DNA of 63,578 nucleotides, counting the filler, from Octopus bimaculoides (taxonomy: Eukaryota): assembly GCF_001194135.2 (NCBI RefSeq). It is 9 parts of 8 records of this genome, joined end to end, with 100 filler letters (N's around TTAATTAATTAA, not from the genome) between each part and the next. Parts side by side here need not be neighbours in the genome. Positions count along the whole stretch, not along the records: positions 37,238 to 54,316 come from NC_068983.1; positions 54,417 to 56,771 come from NC_069004.1; positions 56,872 to 62,348 come from NC_068994.1; positions 62,449 to 63,578 come from NC_068986.1; 5 more parts are not named here. One strand, given 5' to 3'. The notes beneath the pieces are model-generated. The model worked only from the letters and a program-made list of their open reading frames with translations. It was not told where the DNA came from and did no database searches. Within the stretch, counting starts at the first letter, position 1; every line of letters starts with the position of its first letter. Below are positions 53,401 through 62,521 of this stretch, piece by piece. The translations under genes were made by a program, and so were the position numbers.

Positions 53401-53966
53401 TTAGGAAGGGCATCCAGCTGTAGAAACTCTGCCAAATTTAGATTGGAGCCTGGTGTTGCCATCCGGTTTCACCAGTCCTCAGTCAAATCGTCCAACCCAT
53501 GCTAGCATGGAAAGCGGACGTTAAACGATGATGATGATATCAATTCCAAGGGTTTTTTTTTTATTAGTCTTGTGCGGGCTTTTTAGTCCTGCAAGTTACA
53601 AGGTGACCTTATTAGTGCTGGTTCCACACAAAAGACACCCAACATACACTATGAAGTAAGTGTTGTTATTAAGGGTATCCAACCATGGAAGAAGCCATGC
53701 CAAAGTGAGTCACTAGAACCAGTCATAGTCCTCTACTTCACTTGATTCTGTGAAAACAGTGAGGTTTTGTTTGCTTCATTATATTGTTACATTGAACAAG
53801 AATTCAGTTTTCTTTTTCTTTCGTTTTGTTTTACATGTGTTTCTCATAAAAAAAAATTTTTTTTTTAGGTTCTGATCATTGGAATGAATGTCTGCAGTTT
53901 ATTGAAGAACACAAGCTCTATAAAGAAGCCTTGAAGTTGTATAAATCCACAAGTACAGAGTATAAA
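38355..53966 (+). CDS. ELP1: Elongator complex protein 1 (ELP1/IKBKAP), internal multi-exon fragment: join(38355..38452,39239..39292,41071..41173,42607..42796,44274..44432,44819..44965,46662..46747,49273..49412,51768..51891,53869..53966). 5' and 3' parts are not in this scaffold.
   Basis: Ten exons with AG acceptors and GT donors. Phases match at every junction: 1199 nt = 2 nt + 399 codons, no stop. The spliced translation carries ELP1 hallmark motifs VERGSxIVTVV, [65 protein letters not shown] and [13 protein letters not shown], recognised from human ELP1 about residues 600-985. Confidence 0.97.
39239..39292 (+). CDS. ELP1: ELP1 exon, 54 nt: [18 protein letters not shown]
   Basis: Acceptor tgttacag| and donor |gtatgg. 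Matches human ECVLGLTDRCRFFINDIE. Confidence 0.93.
39914..40003 (+). mobile_element. tRNA-like SINE head followed by (AAT)n
   Basis: TAGCCTAATGG (A-box-like, 39916-39926), GAGTTCAGTTCT (B-box-like, 39959-39970), then AATAATAAT. Confidence 0.6.
40596..40752. mobile_element. 5'-truncated copy of the same piggyBac-type MITE
   Basis: Matches the right two-thirds of the MITE and ends CAAAAGGGTTAA. It lies directly upstream of the full copy. Confidence 0.75.
40765..40993. mobile_element. piggyBac-type MITE (about 229 bp including TTAA sites)
   Basis: TTAA-CCCTTT...AAAGGG-TTAA. Near-identical to 43960-44188. Confidence 0.8.
41071..41173 (+). CDS. ELP1: ELP1 exon, 103 nt: [34 protein letters not shown]
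   Basis: Poly-T acceptor and donor |gtatgt. Matches human [29 protein letters not shown]. Confidence 0.94.
42607..42796 (+). CDS. ELP1: ELP1 exon, 190 nt: [63 protein letters not shown]
   Basis: Acceptor ttttacag| and donor |gtatga. Contains the QMPRGNLE motif. Confidence 0.97.
43070..43520 (+). mobile_element. Interspersed repeat, family D (RTE-associated tail ending in (GAT)n) with about five internal 60-65 bp tandem units
   Basis: Units GTGGCA(C/T)(G/A)TAAAAAGCAC...GACTGGCTCC are followed by TTAGGAAGGGCATCCAGCTGTAGAAAC...CCATGCCAGCATGGAAAACGGACGTTAAATGATGATG. More than ten partial copies occur in ELP1 introns, e.g. 40050-40512, 42220-42405, 46400-46580, 47580-47900, 50690-50880 and 53250-53540. 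Confidence 0.8.
43960..44188. mobile_element. piggyBac-type MITE, second full copy
   Basis: TTAA-CCCTTTTG...CAAAAGGG-TTAA. Confidence 0.82.
44274..44432 (+). CDS. ELP1: ELP1 exon, 159 nt: [53 protein letters not shown]
   Basis: Acceptor tttgtag| and donor |gtctgt, which is weak but is the one giving phase 2 into the next exon. Contains the MRKxRINxNLxYDHNP motif. Confidence 0.95.
44819..44965 (+). CDS. ELP1: ELP1 exon, 147 nt: [49 protein letters not shown]
   Basis: Acceptor atttttag| and donor |gtattt. Matches human EEDVTKTMY...KIDLVCDAM. Confidence 0.93.
45300..45830 (-). pseudogene. RTE LINE 3' fragment (post-RT region) in an ELP1 intron
   Basis: [31 protein letters not shown]...[17 protein letters not shown] (GA)n microsatellite has expanded inside the coding remnant. 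Confidence 0.8.
46662..46747 (+). CDS. ELP1: ELP1 exon, 86 nt: [29 protein letters not shown]
   Basis: Acceptor gttcttcag| and donor |gtaatt. Matches human [28 protein letters not shown]. Confidence 0.94.
49273..49412 (+). CDS. ELP1: ELP1 exon, 140 nt: [47 protein letters not shown]
   Basis: Acceptor tttttccag| and donor |gtgagt. Contains the [15 protein letters not shown] motif. Confidence 0.97.
49545..50315 (-). pseudogene. RTE-clade LINE fragment in an ELP1 intron (same family as 37238-37550, extending into the endonuclease C-terminus)
   Basis: 49560-49870 aligns by eye with 37245-37550, for example ctgccagat...tctctgcagtgattcctgatggg. It is antisense to ELP1 and contains stops. Confidence 0.8.
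51768..51891 (+). CDS. ELP1: ELP1 exon, 124 nt: [41 protein letters not shown]
   Basis: Acceptor tttccag| and donor |gtgagt. Contains the DPKEYLPFL motif. Confidence 0.97.
52610..53226 (-). mobile_element. SINE family A in an ELP1 intron (spans an N gap)
   Basis: Reverse-complement match. CACAGTGGG occurs on both sides of the gap. Confidence 0.8.
53869..53966 (+). CDS. ELP1: ELP1 exon, 98 nt: [33 protein letters not shown]
   Basis: Poly-T acceptor and donor |gtaagt. Matches human [25 protein letters not shown]. The scaffold ends at 54316. Confidence 0.95.
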
Positions 53967-54569
53967 GTAAGTCTTTGAATATATCATTAAGGTGTCTTCC
54001 ATCCGACCAGTATGTACTTCAAGTTTATTTCATTCATTGTTATATAAATTAATCTAGGCACATAAGAGACCATTGAAATGTGATCTTTGTTTATTGGAAA
54101 AAATGAATATCTTGTTCCAGGATAAGAAGGCGCTTAACCAAAGACGCGAACTTTTAAACACATGAAGGCATGCGTCCAAATTTAAAATGTCTACATGTAA
54201 TATTCCATATGGGTAAAATTTTGGACTATGATCGACTCCTTATAACCATTGTGCAATCTGACTATTGGATTGGTACTGAATTAGCGTTGTGAGAATTTTG
54301 TAAAGACCCCTACGTCNNNNNNNNNNNNNNNNNNNNNNNNNNNNNNNNNNNNNNNNNNNNTTAATTAATTAANNNNNNNNNNNNNNNNNNNNNNNNNNNN
54401 NNNNNNNNNNNNNNNNTTTTTGTTTTGCTCGTGTTTTGTGGCTATTTGTATTATTGCAGTCGTATGGTGGTTATTTTGTAATAGTTTTCCAGCTGTATAA
54501 GACACCTGCCACCTTGTGTGCGTTGTATATATAGCCTTTCTATGTCAGATTTTGGGTGGTGCATCCTAT

Positions 54570-55815
54570 ATCCTGTCCATCATCATCATCATCAATCATC
54601 ATCCTCCTCCTCCTCATCAATCATCAATCATCAATCATCAATCATCATCAATCATCATCAATCACCGTCACCAATCATCAATCACCATCAATCATCATCA
54701 ATCATCAATCATCAATCATCAATCATCATCAATCATCATCAATCACCACCATCAATCATCAATCATCAATCGTCAATCACCAATCATCAATCACCTATCA
54801 TCAATCATCAACCACCAATCAATCATCAACCACCAATCATCAACCATTAATAACCGATCGTTAATCATCAATCATCAATCATCATCAATCATCATCAACC
54901 ACCAATCATCAATCATCAATCACCTATCATCAATCATCAATCACCAATCATCAATCATCAATCACCTATCACCAACCATCAACCACCAATCATCAACCGA
55001 TCGTTAAACATCAATCATCAATCATCAACAATCATCAATCATCACCAATCATCATCAATCACCATCAATCACCATCATCAATCATCAATCATCAATCGTC
55101 AATCATCAATCATCATCAATCACCAATCATCAATCATCAATCACCTATCATCAATCATCAACCGCCAATCATCAACCATTAATAACCGACCGTTAATCAT
55201 TAATCATCAATCATCAATCATCATCAATCATCAATCATCACCAATCATCAATCATCGTCAATCATCATCAATCATCAACCACCAATCATCAATCATCATC
55301 AATCATCATCAATCACCATCAACCACCATCATCAATCATCAATCATCAATCGTCAATCATCATCAATCATCATCAATCACCAATCATCAACCATCAATCA
55401 CCTATCATCAATAATCAACCACCAATCATCAACCATTAATAATCGATCGTTAATCATCAATCATCAATCATCAATCATCATCAATCATCAATCATCAATC
55501 ATCATCAATCATCAACCACCAATCATCAATTATCAATCATCATCAATCATCATCAATCATCAATCATCATCAATCATCATCAATCATCATAATCACCAAT
55601 CATCATCATCAATCATCAATCGTCATCATCAATCATCATCAATCATCATCAATCATCATCAATCACCATCAATCATCATCAATCATCATCAATCACCATC
55701 AATCAACATCAATCATCATCAATCATCATCAATCATCATCAATCCATCAATCAACATCAATCATCATCAATCATAATCAATCATCATCATCATCATCAAT
55801 CATCAATCATCATCA
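54570..55815. repeat. Complex (ATC)/(ATCA) satellite with higher-order units
   Basis: About 1.25 kb of atcatca/atca motifs. The marker AACCATTAATAA.CGA.CGTTAATCAT recurs at about 54843, 55173 and 55431. Confidence 0.9.
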
Positions 55816-55940
55816 AGGCGGCGAGCTGGCAGACACGCTGACGCGCCGGGCAAAATGCTTAACGGTATTTCGTCTGACGCTGTTCTGAGTTCAAATTCCG
55901 CCGAGGTCGACTTTACCTTTCATCCTTTCGAAGTCGATAA

Positions 55941-55945
<5 letters not shown>
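55816..55945 (+). mobile_element. SINE family C, 3'-truncated into (ATT)n
   Basis: AAGGCGGCGAGCTGGCAGA...GAGTTCAAATTCCGCCGAGGTCGACTTTACCTTTCATCC. Confidence 0.8.
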
Positions 55946-55998
<53 letters not shown>

Positions 55999-56539
55999 GT
56001 TGTTGTTGTTGTTGTTGTTGTTNNNNNNNNNNNNNNNNNNNNNNNNNNNNNNNNNNNNNNNNNNNNNNNNNNNNNNNNNNNNNNNNNNNNNNNNNNNNNN
56101 NNNNNNNNNNNNNNNNNNNNNNNNNNNNNNNNNNNNNNNNNNNNNNNNNNNNNNNNNNNNNNNNNNNNNNNNNNNNNNNNNNNNNNNNNNNNNNNNNNNN
56201 NNNNNNNNNNNNNNNNNNNNNNNNNNNNNNNNNNNNNNNNNNNNNNNNNNNNNNNNNNNNNNNNNNNNNNNNNNNNNNNNNNNNNNNNNNNNNNNNNNNN
56301 NNNNNNNNNNNNNNNNNNNNNNNNNNNNNNNNNNNNNNNNNNNNNNNNNNNNNNNNNNNNNNNNNNNNNNNNNNNNNNNNNNNNNNNNNNNNNNNNNNNN
56401 NNNNNNNNNNNNNNNNNNNAGTTCGTGACATCTTTGATGAATGTAAGAACGTCTGACGAATCTAACCGTAACCTAGAGTGCAACAACATAGAAAACAACA
56501 AACAACGTCTTAAGCAACAACGGCAACAACAATAACTGG

Positions 56540-56542
56540 AAG

Positions 56543-56605
<63 letters not shown>

Positions 56606-56699
56606 AGCTGCTGCTGCTGCTGATGATGATGAGCAATACATAAGGCAATAGCGAAAAGAAACGGAACATACATTGACAGCAACAACAAGAAATAACATA

Positions 56700-56759
<60 letters not shown>

Positions 56760-56771
56760 CACCACCACCAC
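56540..56771. repeat. (TAC)n, (CTG)n and (ACC)n microsatellites
   Basis: Read directly from the sequence. Confidence 0.9.
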
Positions 56772-56871
56772 NNNNNNNNNNNNNNNNNNNNNNNNNNNNN
56801 NNNNNNNNNNNNNNNTTAATTAATTAANNNNNNNNNNNNNNNNNNNNNNNNNNNNNNNNNNNNNNNNNNNN

Positions 56872-56909
<38 letters not shown>

Positions 56910-57169
56910 GATAATACATAGATAATACATACTATATATAATATATTTATATGTAATATATGTGCGTTTTTGTGTGTGTATACATATACATACATATACG
57001 TGAGTGTGTGTATGCATGCATGTATGTATATATGTATGTACGTATGTGCATATATAGTTTTATTAATTGACTGTAGTATGTATTTTTTTTAGAATATTAG
57101 GTAATAATATTATGTATGTATGTATGTATGTATGTACGTACGTATGTATGTATGTATGCATGCTTCCTT

Positions 57170-58944
57170 GATGCCTGCCAGAGGAGCAAATAGCTATCAT
57201 ATCGATAGCTTCGTGGTGAAGAATGCTTCGATGAGGAGCGAGGTGTTGTCACGTAGAAGGTCTCTCGCTCAACTCTCTAAGAAAGTGAAACTCACTCATT
57301 AAGTACTAGTTTTACTACGCATGCGCACTCGAGGGGCTTCCGGTGGTGAAGTCCCTTGCGCATGCGCAGAATAGTACTTCCTCAATGGCGGCTATAATTT
57401 CGCGCCACTACAAGCTAATTTCAGCAGCCTCCAAGAAGAAACGACTCGACAGGGGTAAAACTATGTTAGCTGAAAAGAAGCGCATCGCTAACTGTTGATC
57501 TGATCTGACGAGAAAATCTTCACCTTAGAGGCAGTTACCAACAGGCAGAATGATAGGCTTTATGCACGTAATGCAGGAAACTTGCCCGAAGAAGCTAACT
57601 TGCCGTCAGAAGCTAGCTTCACTCATACTGTCGGCCGCAATTGCATCTAATGGGTCCAAGTCTTCTTTGATCTTCATCTATGCTGGCGTCAAGGTCAACA
57701 ATGAAGTTTATATGGAAATGTTGGATGAGAAAGTGTTACCCTGGGTCACAGAAACCTTTAGTGACCGTTAGATCTTCACTCAAGACAGGACTCCGGTCCA
57801 TACATCTGTAGAAACTACATTTTATTTTCTAGACTGAAATTCGAAACCGAATCTAAGAATTCCCGCTCGCACGATCCACCATTGGCCGAACAGGCGCGAA
57901 AGAAATTTCTTTGACCTGTCAAAAAGTGATAGATGAGTTTCCACTCGACCTCCGACCTGACTGTGTCATGGAAAGTTCAGCTGGACAACGAGTTACCCAA
58001 ATAAGTATAAACTACTCCTATAGTATATCCATCCTGCTAGCTAGGATGGCCATTATAAATACCGAGTTCTGTACACACGCACACCAGTTAGCCAGCCATC
58101 AGTAAGCAGTGACCAGAAAGCAAGATAGCAAGCGACCAGCAAGCAGTTAGCCACATAGCCAAAGATGAGCAAGCAGTGACCGGCGGCACAAGACAAGACA
58201 GAAAGACACAACACGTCCAAATGACAAACGCACACACAGACACAAAATGTGACTCTGTACTATCTTGTCCCATTAACATTCTCTTTCCTCCGTTTTTACT
58301 TCATTAACTCGAAGTAGCTGATAACTTTATGTAGCAGAAGATTTGTTCATATTTCAAATCAAGCTTTCTGTATCCAACACGGAAAATGCAACTTGTTAAC
58401 TAAATAAATTATGATAACTACATTTCTTTGTCATTTGTTTTCCTTTGATGTCGGTCCAACACGCCTATCTTCACCTGCTACACCCGACAACGCACATTGA
58501 ACCATCAACATCACATTTTACTACAGATCCTGCTCCACATCCAATTTGACGGAGGTGGTGCAAAGAGTATTTCAGCAGTATTTGGGACAAGACAATATGG
58601 CCTTCCTCAAGTCCAGACATCAATCCCATGAACACTGCTATCTGCTCCATCTTGGAGAGTTATGCTTCTGCTCACTCCTTTTCAAATGTGTCAGATTTGA
58701 AATATTCCCTTCTGTCTTCATGGGTCAAGTTGGATGAAGAGGTGCTACGGTGCTCATGCAACTCAGTGACTACACATTTGCAGGTTATGATCAAGGCGAA
58801 AAGTGATCATTTTGAAATGCAATTATTGCAATGGACTTACAATTTTACATTAGAATGTGTGTGCCAAATTTCATCATCCTACCTTAAGTTTATTTTGAAT
58901 AATTAAGAAATATCAATGAGTAAATCTTTCTGAGACACCCTGCA
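57170..58944 (+). mobile_element. Decayed Tc1/mariner-superfamily transposon with DD37D (maT/mori-type) spacing, interrupted by insertions
   Basis: SDEKIFTLEAVTNRQNDRLYA (D at 57507), GVKVNNEVYMEMLDEKVLPW, and IFTQD (D at 57784). After the insertion it continues WCKEYF..WDKTIWPSSSPDINPMN, giving about 37 residues from D2 to D3, with D3 mutated to N. The right end GAGACACCCTGCA-TA is mariner TIR-like. Confidence 0.85.
57807..58525 (+). mobile_element. Solo-LTR-like insertion (719 bp) inside the DD37D transposase
   Basis: Termini are TGTAG...CTACA, with TATAAATA at 58054 and AATAAA at 58403. Flanks CATC/GATC may be a 4-bp TSD with one mismatch. It splits the transposase between D2 and D3. Confidence 0.6.
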
Positions 58945-59407
58945 TATGACGGACTCTCCTGTCGAAGACAACGTATGCATGTTCAGTGAGAAAACAGAAA
59001 AAAAATTAATCAGATAGATAATCACCAACACACTCACACAAATATTACTACTATTCACCAATGTTTGCAATTCATTCACTTCACCTGGTGATTCCTCATG
59101 TGAGTCCTTGGGCCATCAAAAGCAATATGAATATGGGCATGAGGATGACATTAATCCAGCACGTGATCAAACTGAGAAATCACAATGGGGACAATGGTGA
59201 TTTGCAGGAAAACAGTTGTTCTGTTGGTTTCTATTCCAGTTTTCCTGTAACTGCTCTTGATGCTGTATCCTTTGGGTACACATGTGTAGACGACCGTGCG
59301 AACCAAAGGAGAAATGGTGACGAATGGAAACAGGCACCTTTTAACGCGTCGCACGGTCGACACAAAATATATGATATGTTATAATACTATAACAGAGAAT
59401 TCGCATG

Positions 59408-60240
59408 TGTAATGCGAGGAGATTGCCAGGAAGGAAAAGATGTATAACAGTAAGGTTTATTAGAGCATTAAACTGTATGTCTGTGTGTGAGTGTATGCGA
59501 CATAATAAAACACAATATAAGACAGGCCGTCATGTAAACAAAGAGTGTGTATACAAATATATGTATGTGAATGCAAGAGATACATAGGATAGAAAAGAGT
59601 CAGTAACACGGATAAGAAAATACCAGTTCTCAGTTAAGGTACACAGTAGATTTGAAAGTCTGTATATAAGAGGTTGAGGCGTTGAGGCAGAGCTAAGTCA
59701 CATGTCGTGCAGTTGAGGCTTCTATGCCGAGCCGGGCTNNNNNNNNNNNNNNNNNNNNNNNNNNNNNNNNNNNNNNNNNNNNNNNNNNNNNNNNNNNNNN
59801 NNNNNNNNNNNNNNNNNNNNNNNNNNNNNNNNNNNNNNNNNNNNNNNNNNNNNNNNNNNNNNNNNNNNNNNNNNNNNNNNNNNNNNNNNNNNNGAACGAT
59901 GGTGTTGATGTCGTCGCTGGAAACTGGCTGGTTGGTGTTACGTGTGGTCAACGACCAGATCTTAGAAGATCTGAAGCCGCGACAAAGTGACGCGTATAAA
60001 GCAGGCTATTTATAGGTACAGAGAGGCTCCAGAAAGATCAGAAAAACACTCTCTCACGTGACCTTATTAGATGGCCACGATTGGTCGGTTTGCATCCTGG
60101 CGCGAACAGTACTGGAGACAATTGCCGCGCAAACAAAAGTCAGTCAGGTGATGACACAGCAGGGTCCAAGGCGGGAAAGAGTTGTTACCTGCTACGTTCG
60201 CATTTGTAAATAAATAACGGAGAGAGGTGGTTTCACTACA
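59408..60240 (-). mobile_element. Solo LTR with a 4-bp target-site duplication (Gypsy-like)
   Basis: CATG|TGTAATG...CACTACA|CATG. On the minus strand there is TATAAATA at 60007-60014 and AATAAA at 59456-59461. Contains an N gap. Confidence 0.75.
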
Positions 60241-60298
60241 CATGTATGCATAAATATATACTCATATATGTATATGTGTGTATACAGAAATGTGCTTT

Positions 60299-60332
<34 letters not shown>

Positions 60333-60785
60333 TGTATGTATGTATGTAAAATGAAGCAATTGAAGACGTGTCTATGTAAATTTAACTGTAGTTATCGTCC
60401 TCTTCAGCCTAAAATGAATAGTAGATTACGAATTTCAATTTCAAGATGTTTCCATAACAATTTAATTTTTATAGCATATTTTTAAGATTTATTTTAAATA
60501 CATTTTTGTATTTATCTCGCCATCACTTGACAGCCGGTATTGTTTTTTTTTATGACTCACCCCAACTTCACGGTTCAACAAAATTACCTTTAGAATATGT
60601 ACCAAAACTTACAATAAGTTCTGGGATCGATTAAACTCATTAAAGAGGTGCCCCACCATTACTGAAGAAAAATAAAATTATTTCTAGGTATGAATTCAAA
60701 TTGTTAATTTACACCTCTCACCCTGGATAAATAGTGCCCATAAAATTCTCAATATAAATGTACGTGTGTGTGCGTGTGCACACGC

Positions 60786-60830
<45 letters not shown>

Positions 60831-60991
60831 TGAAGTATATTTGCCACTTAAATGTGGCTGACTCCTAAGGGTGGATGTTACTGCTGCTTTTAGCCCCAGG
60901 AGAACATCTCCTCCAGCTGGCCATTTACACACATCTGTGTCCTGTCTGTATTTGCAAAGGAAAGTCATCCTTCCCATTTTGATCTGCGATA

Positions 60992-61036
60992 CGCACAGAC
61001 TCGAGTTTCTGGGTATTTACCCGTCCTCAGCGTACG
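60992..61036 (-). ncRNA. Second type I hammerhead ribozyme motif (minimal stem III)
   Basis: Minus strand reads CGUACG-CUGAGGA-C-GGGU-AAAU-ACCC-A-GAAAC-UCGA-GUC^UGUGCG. Stem I is 6 bp with 2 G.U. Stem II is 4 bp with a C.A mismatch at the closing pair, and the stem III loop is a palindromic tetraloop. Confidence 0.65.
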
Positions 61037-61083
61037 ACAATCGCCGACCTTCGATGCGAAAAATATCCCGATATATATATATA

Positions 61084-61268
61084 GATAATAATAAATGGAG
61101 CAAAACGCATGTTGATGAAAGTTCCTTTAATTCCTACATATATGTTTCGAAATAAATGATCGTACTTTCACAAAGAAGAAAGAGCTGTTGGGGTCCTCAT
61201 TCATTTCTCTTCAGGGAGATCATAATAAAACATGTAATAGCATGCGTTTTGCTCCATTTATTATTATC
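61084..61268. mobile_element. 185-bp element with perfect 28-bp terminal inverted repeats enclosing a hammerhead motif
   Basis: GATAATAATAAATGGAGCAAAACGCATG (61084-61111) is the exact reverse complement of 61241-61268. No clean target-site duplication is visible. Confidence 0.75.
61132..61217 (-). ncRNA. Type I hammerhead ribozyme motif with an apparently intact catalytic core
   Basis: Minus strand reads UCC-CUGAAGA-GAAAUGAAUGA-(37 nt)-UCAUUUAUUUC-GAAAC-AUAUAU-GUA^GGA. Stem II is 11 bp with one G.U, stem III is self-complementary (ACAUAUAUGU), and stem I is only 3 bp. Predicted cut between 61135 and 61134. Confidence 0.7.
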
Positions 61269-61431
61269 CATATCCTCTCAAAATGTATCACTTTAAATCG
61301 GTATATCAACCTGTAAAACGGTTGGGATATCTTGTTTTTTAGTGTAATTTTGCTACCTCTGGTAACTATTAACGTATTCAAATTATCGAAAGTTTTAATA
61401 ACTGAGATAATATTAATATATACATAAACCA

Positions 61432-61481
<50 letters not shown>

Positions 61482-62452
61482 CGAAGGAATGAGGACAGGA
61501 TTACTCATTAGAGTACATTATTCTTTATTATAATGCCCATTAAATCTATTTAAACCGAATATTTATCTTGTGACTCGAGTTTCATACCTCTGAAGTAATT
61601 TTATATTAAAAAAGTAATTTTATATTAAGAATATATAAATCCATGAATGAGCCCTAAATTATTTAAGAGTACAAAACAGGCTATTGAAATAAGCCACATA
61701 TGGATATCCATATATTAAGAAATTGCATAAATGATATCTATGCATATCATGTTTGTTTGTATGTCTGTTATGTGTGTGTGTGACAGGAGAGGGGTGCGTG
61801 CGTTTGTGTACAAAAATGAGCTGAGAGAAATAATTCGAAGTTGACTGTGATATGTATTTGAGTAACACAGACATATACAAGTATGTTAAATACTTCATAA
61901 CAAAAATTCTTGATTTATTAAAACTATTTCCACCTCCAGAGGATGTACCATAATTACCAAACGGCAATTATGATCACTTCCCCTAAAAAACAGAATCTGT
62001 TTACAGAATTCTACAAGCATGACTGAATTCTGAACAATAACACAACTTCAAATTTAATCAATAAAATATCTTCCGTAATATCTTTCCATCACAACCTACT
62101 CTACAACCTAATCATCATTCAACAAAACTCAACCTAAACCAGAAAATTTCAACTTAACAGAGAGACTATATAAAGCCAAGATGAGCTCAAATGTACCACA
62201 GTCTTATAAAGGCTTTGCAAGCCAAAACTTTGAAGTAACTGTTGTAGTGAAACTACCTATCGCCATTAGATACAAAACTACTATCGCCATTACATACAAT
62301 CTTCTCATTTAAATATAAACAAGCGCGGGCGTAGCGGAGAACCCATTCNNNNNNNNNNNNNNNNNNNNNNNNNNNNNNNNNNNNNNNNNNNNTTAATTAA
62401 TTAANNNNNNNNNNNNNNNNNNNNNNNNNNNNNNNNNNNNNNNNNNNNCCAG

Positions 62453-62521
<69 letters not shown>

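Noticed and set aside
54516-55007. 163-aa SSIINHQ-repeat ORF as a repetitive protein
   Set aside because: It is a direct translation of the ATC/ATCA satellite, with no splice or codon evidence.
56454-56490. CTGACGA-A-TCTA...TAGA hairpin
   Set aside because: No GAAA follows stem II.
59061-59384. 107-aa plus ORF and overlapping 70-aa minus ORF between the transposon end and the solo LTR
   Set aside because: No recognisable domain or splice signals. This length is plausible by chance.
60350-60410. Minus-strand CTGAAGA-GGACG...CGTCT
   Set aside because: No GAAA after the stem.
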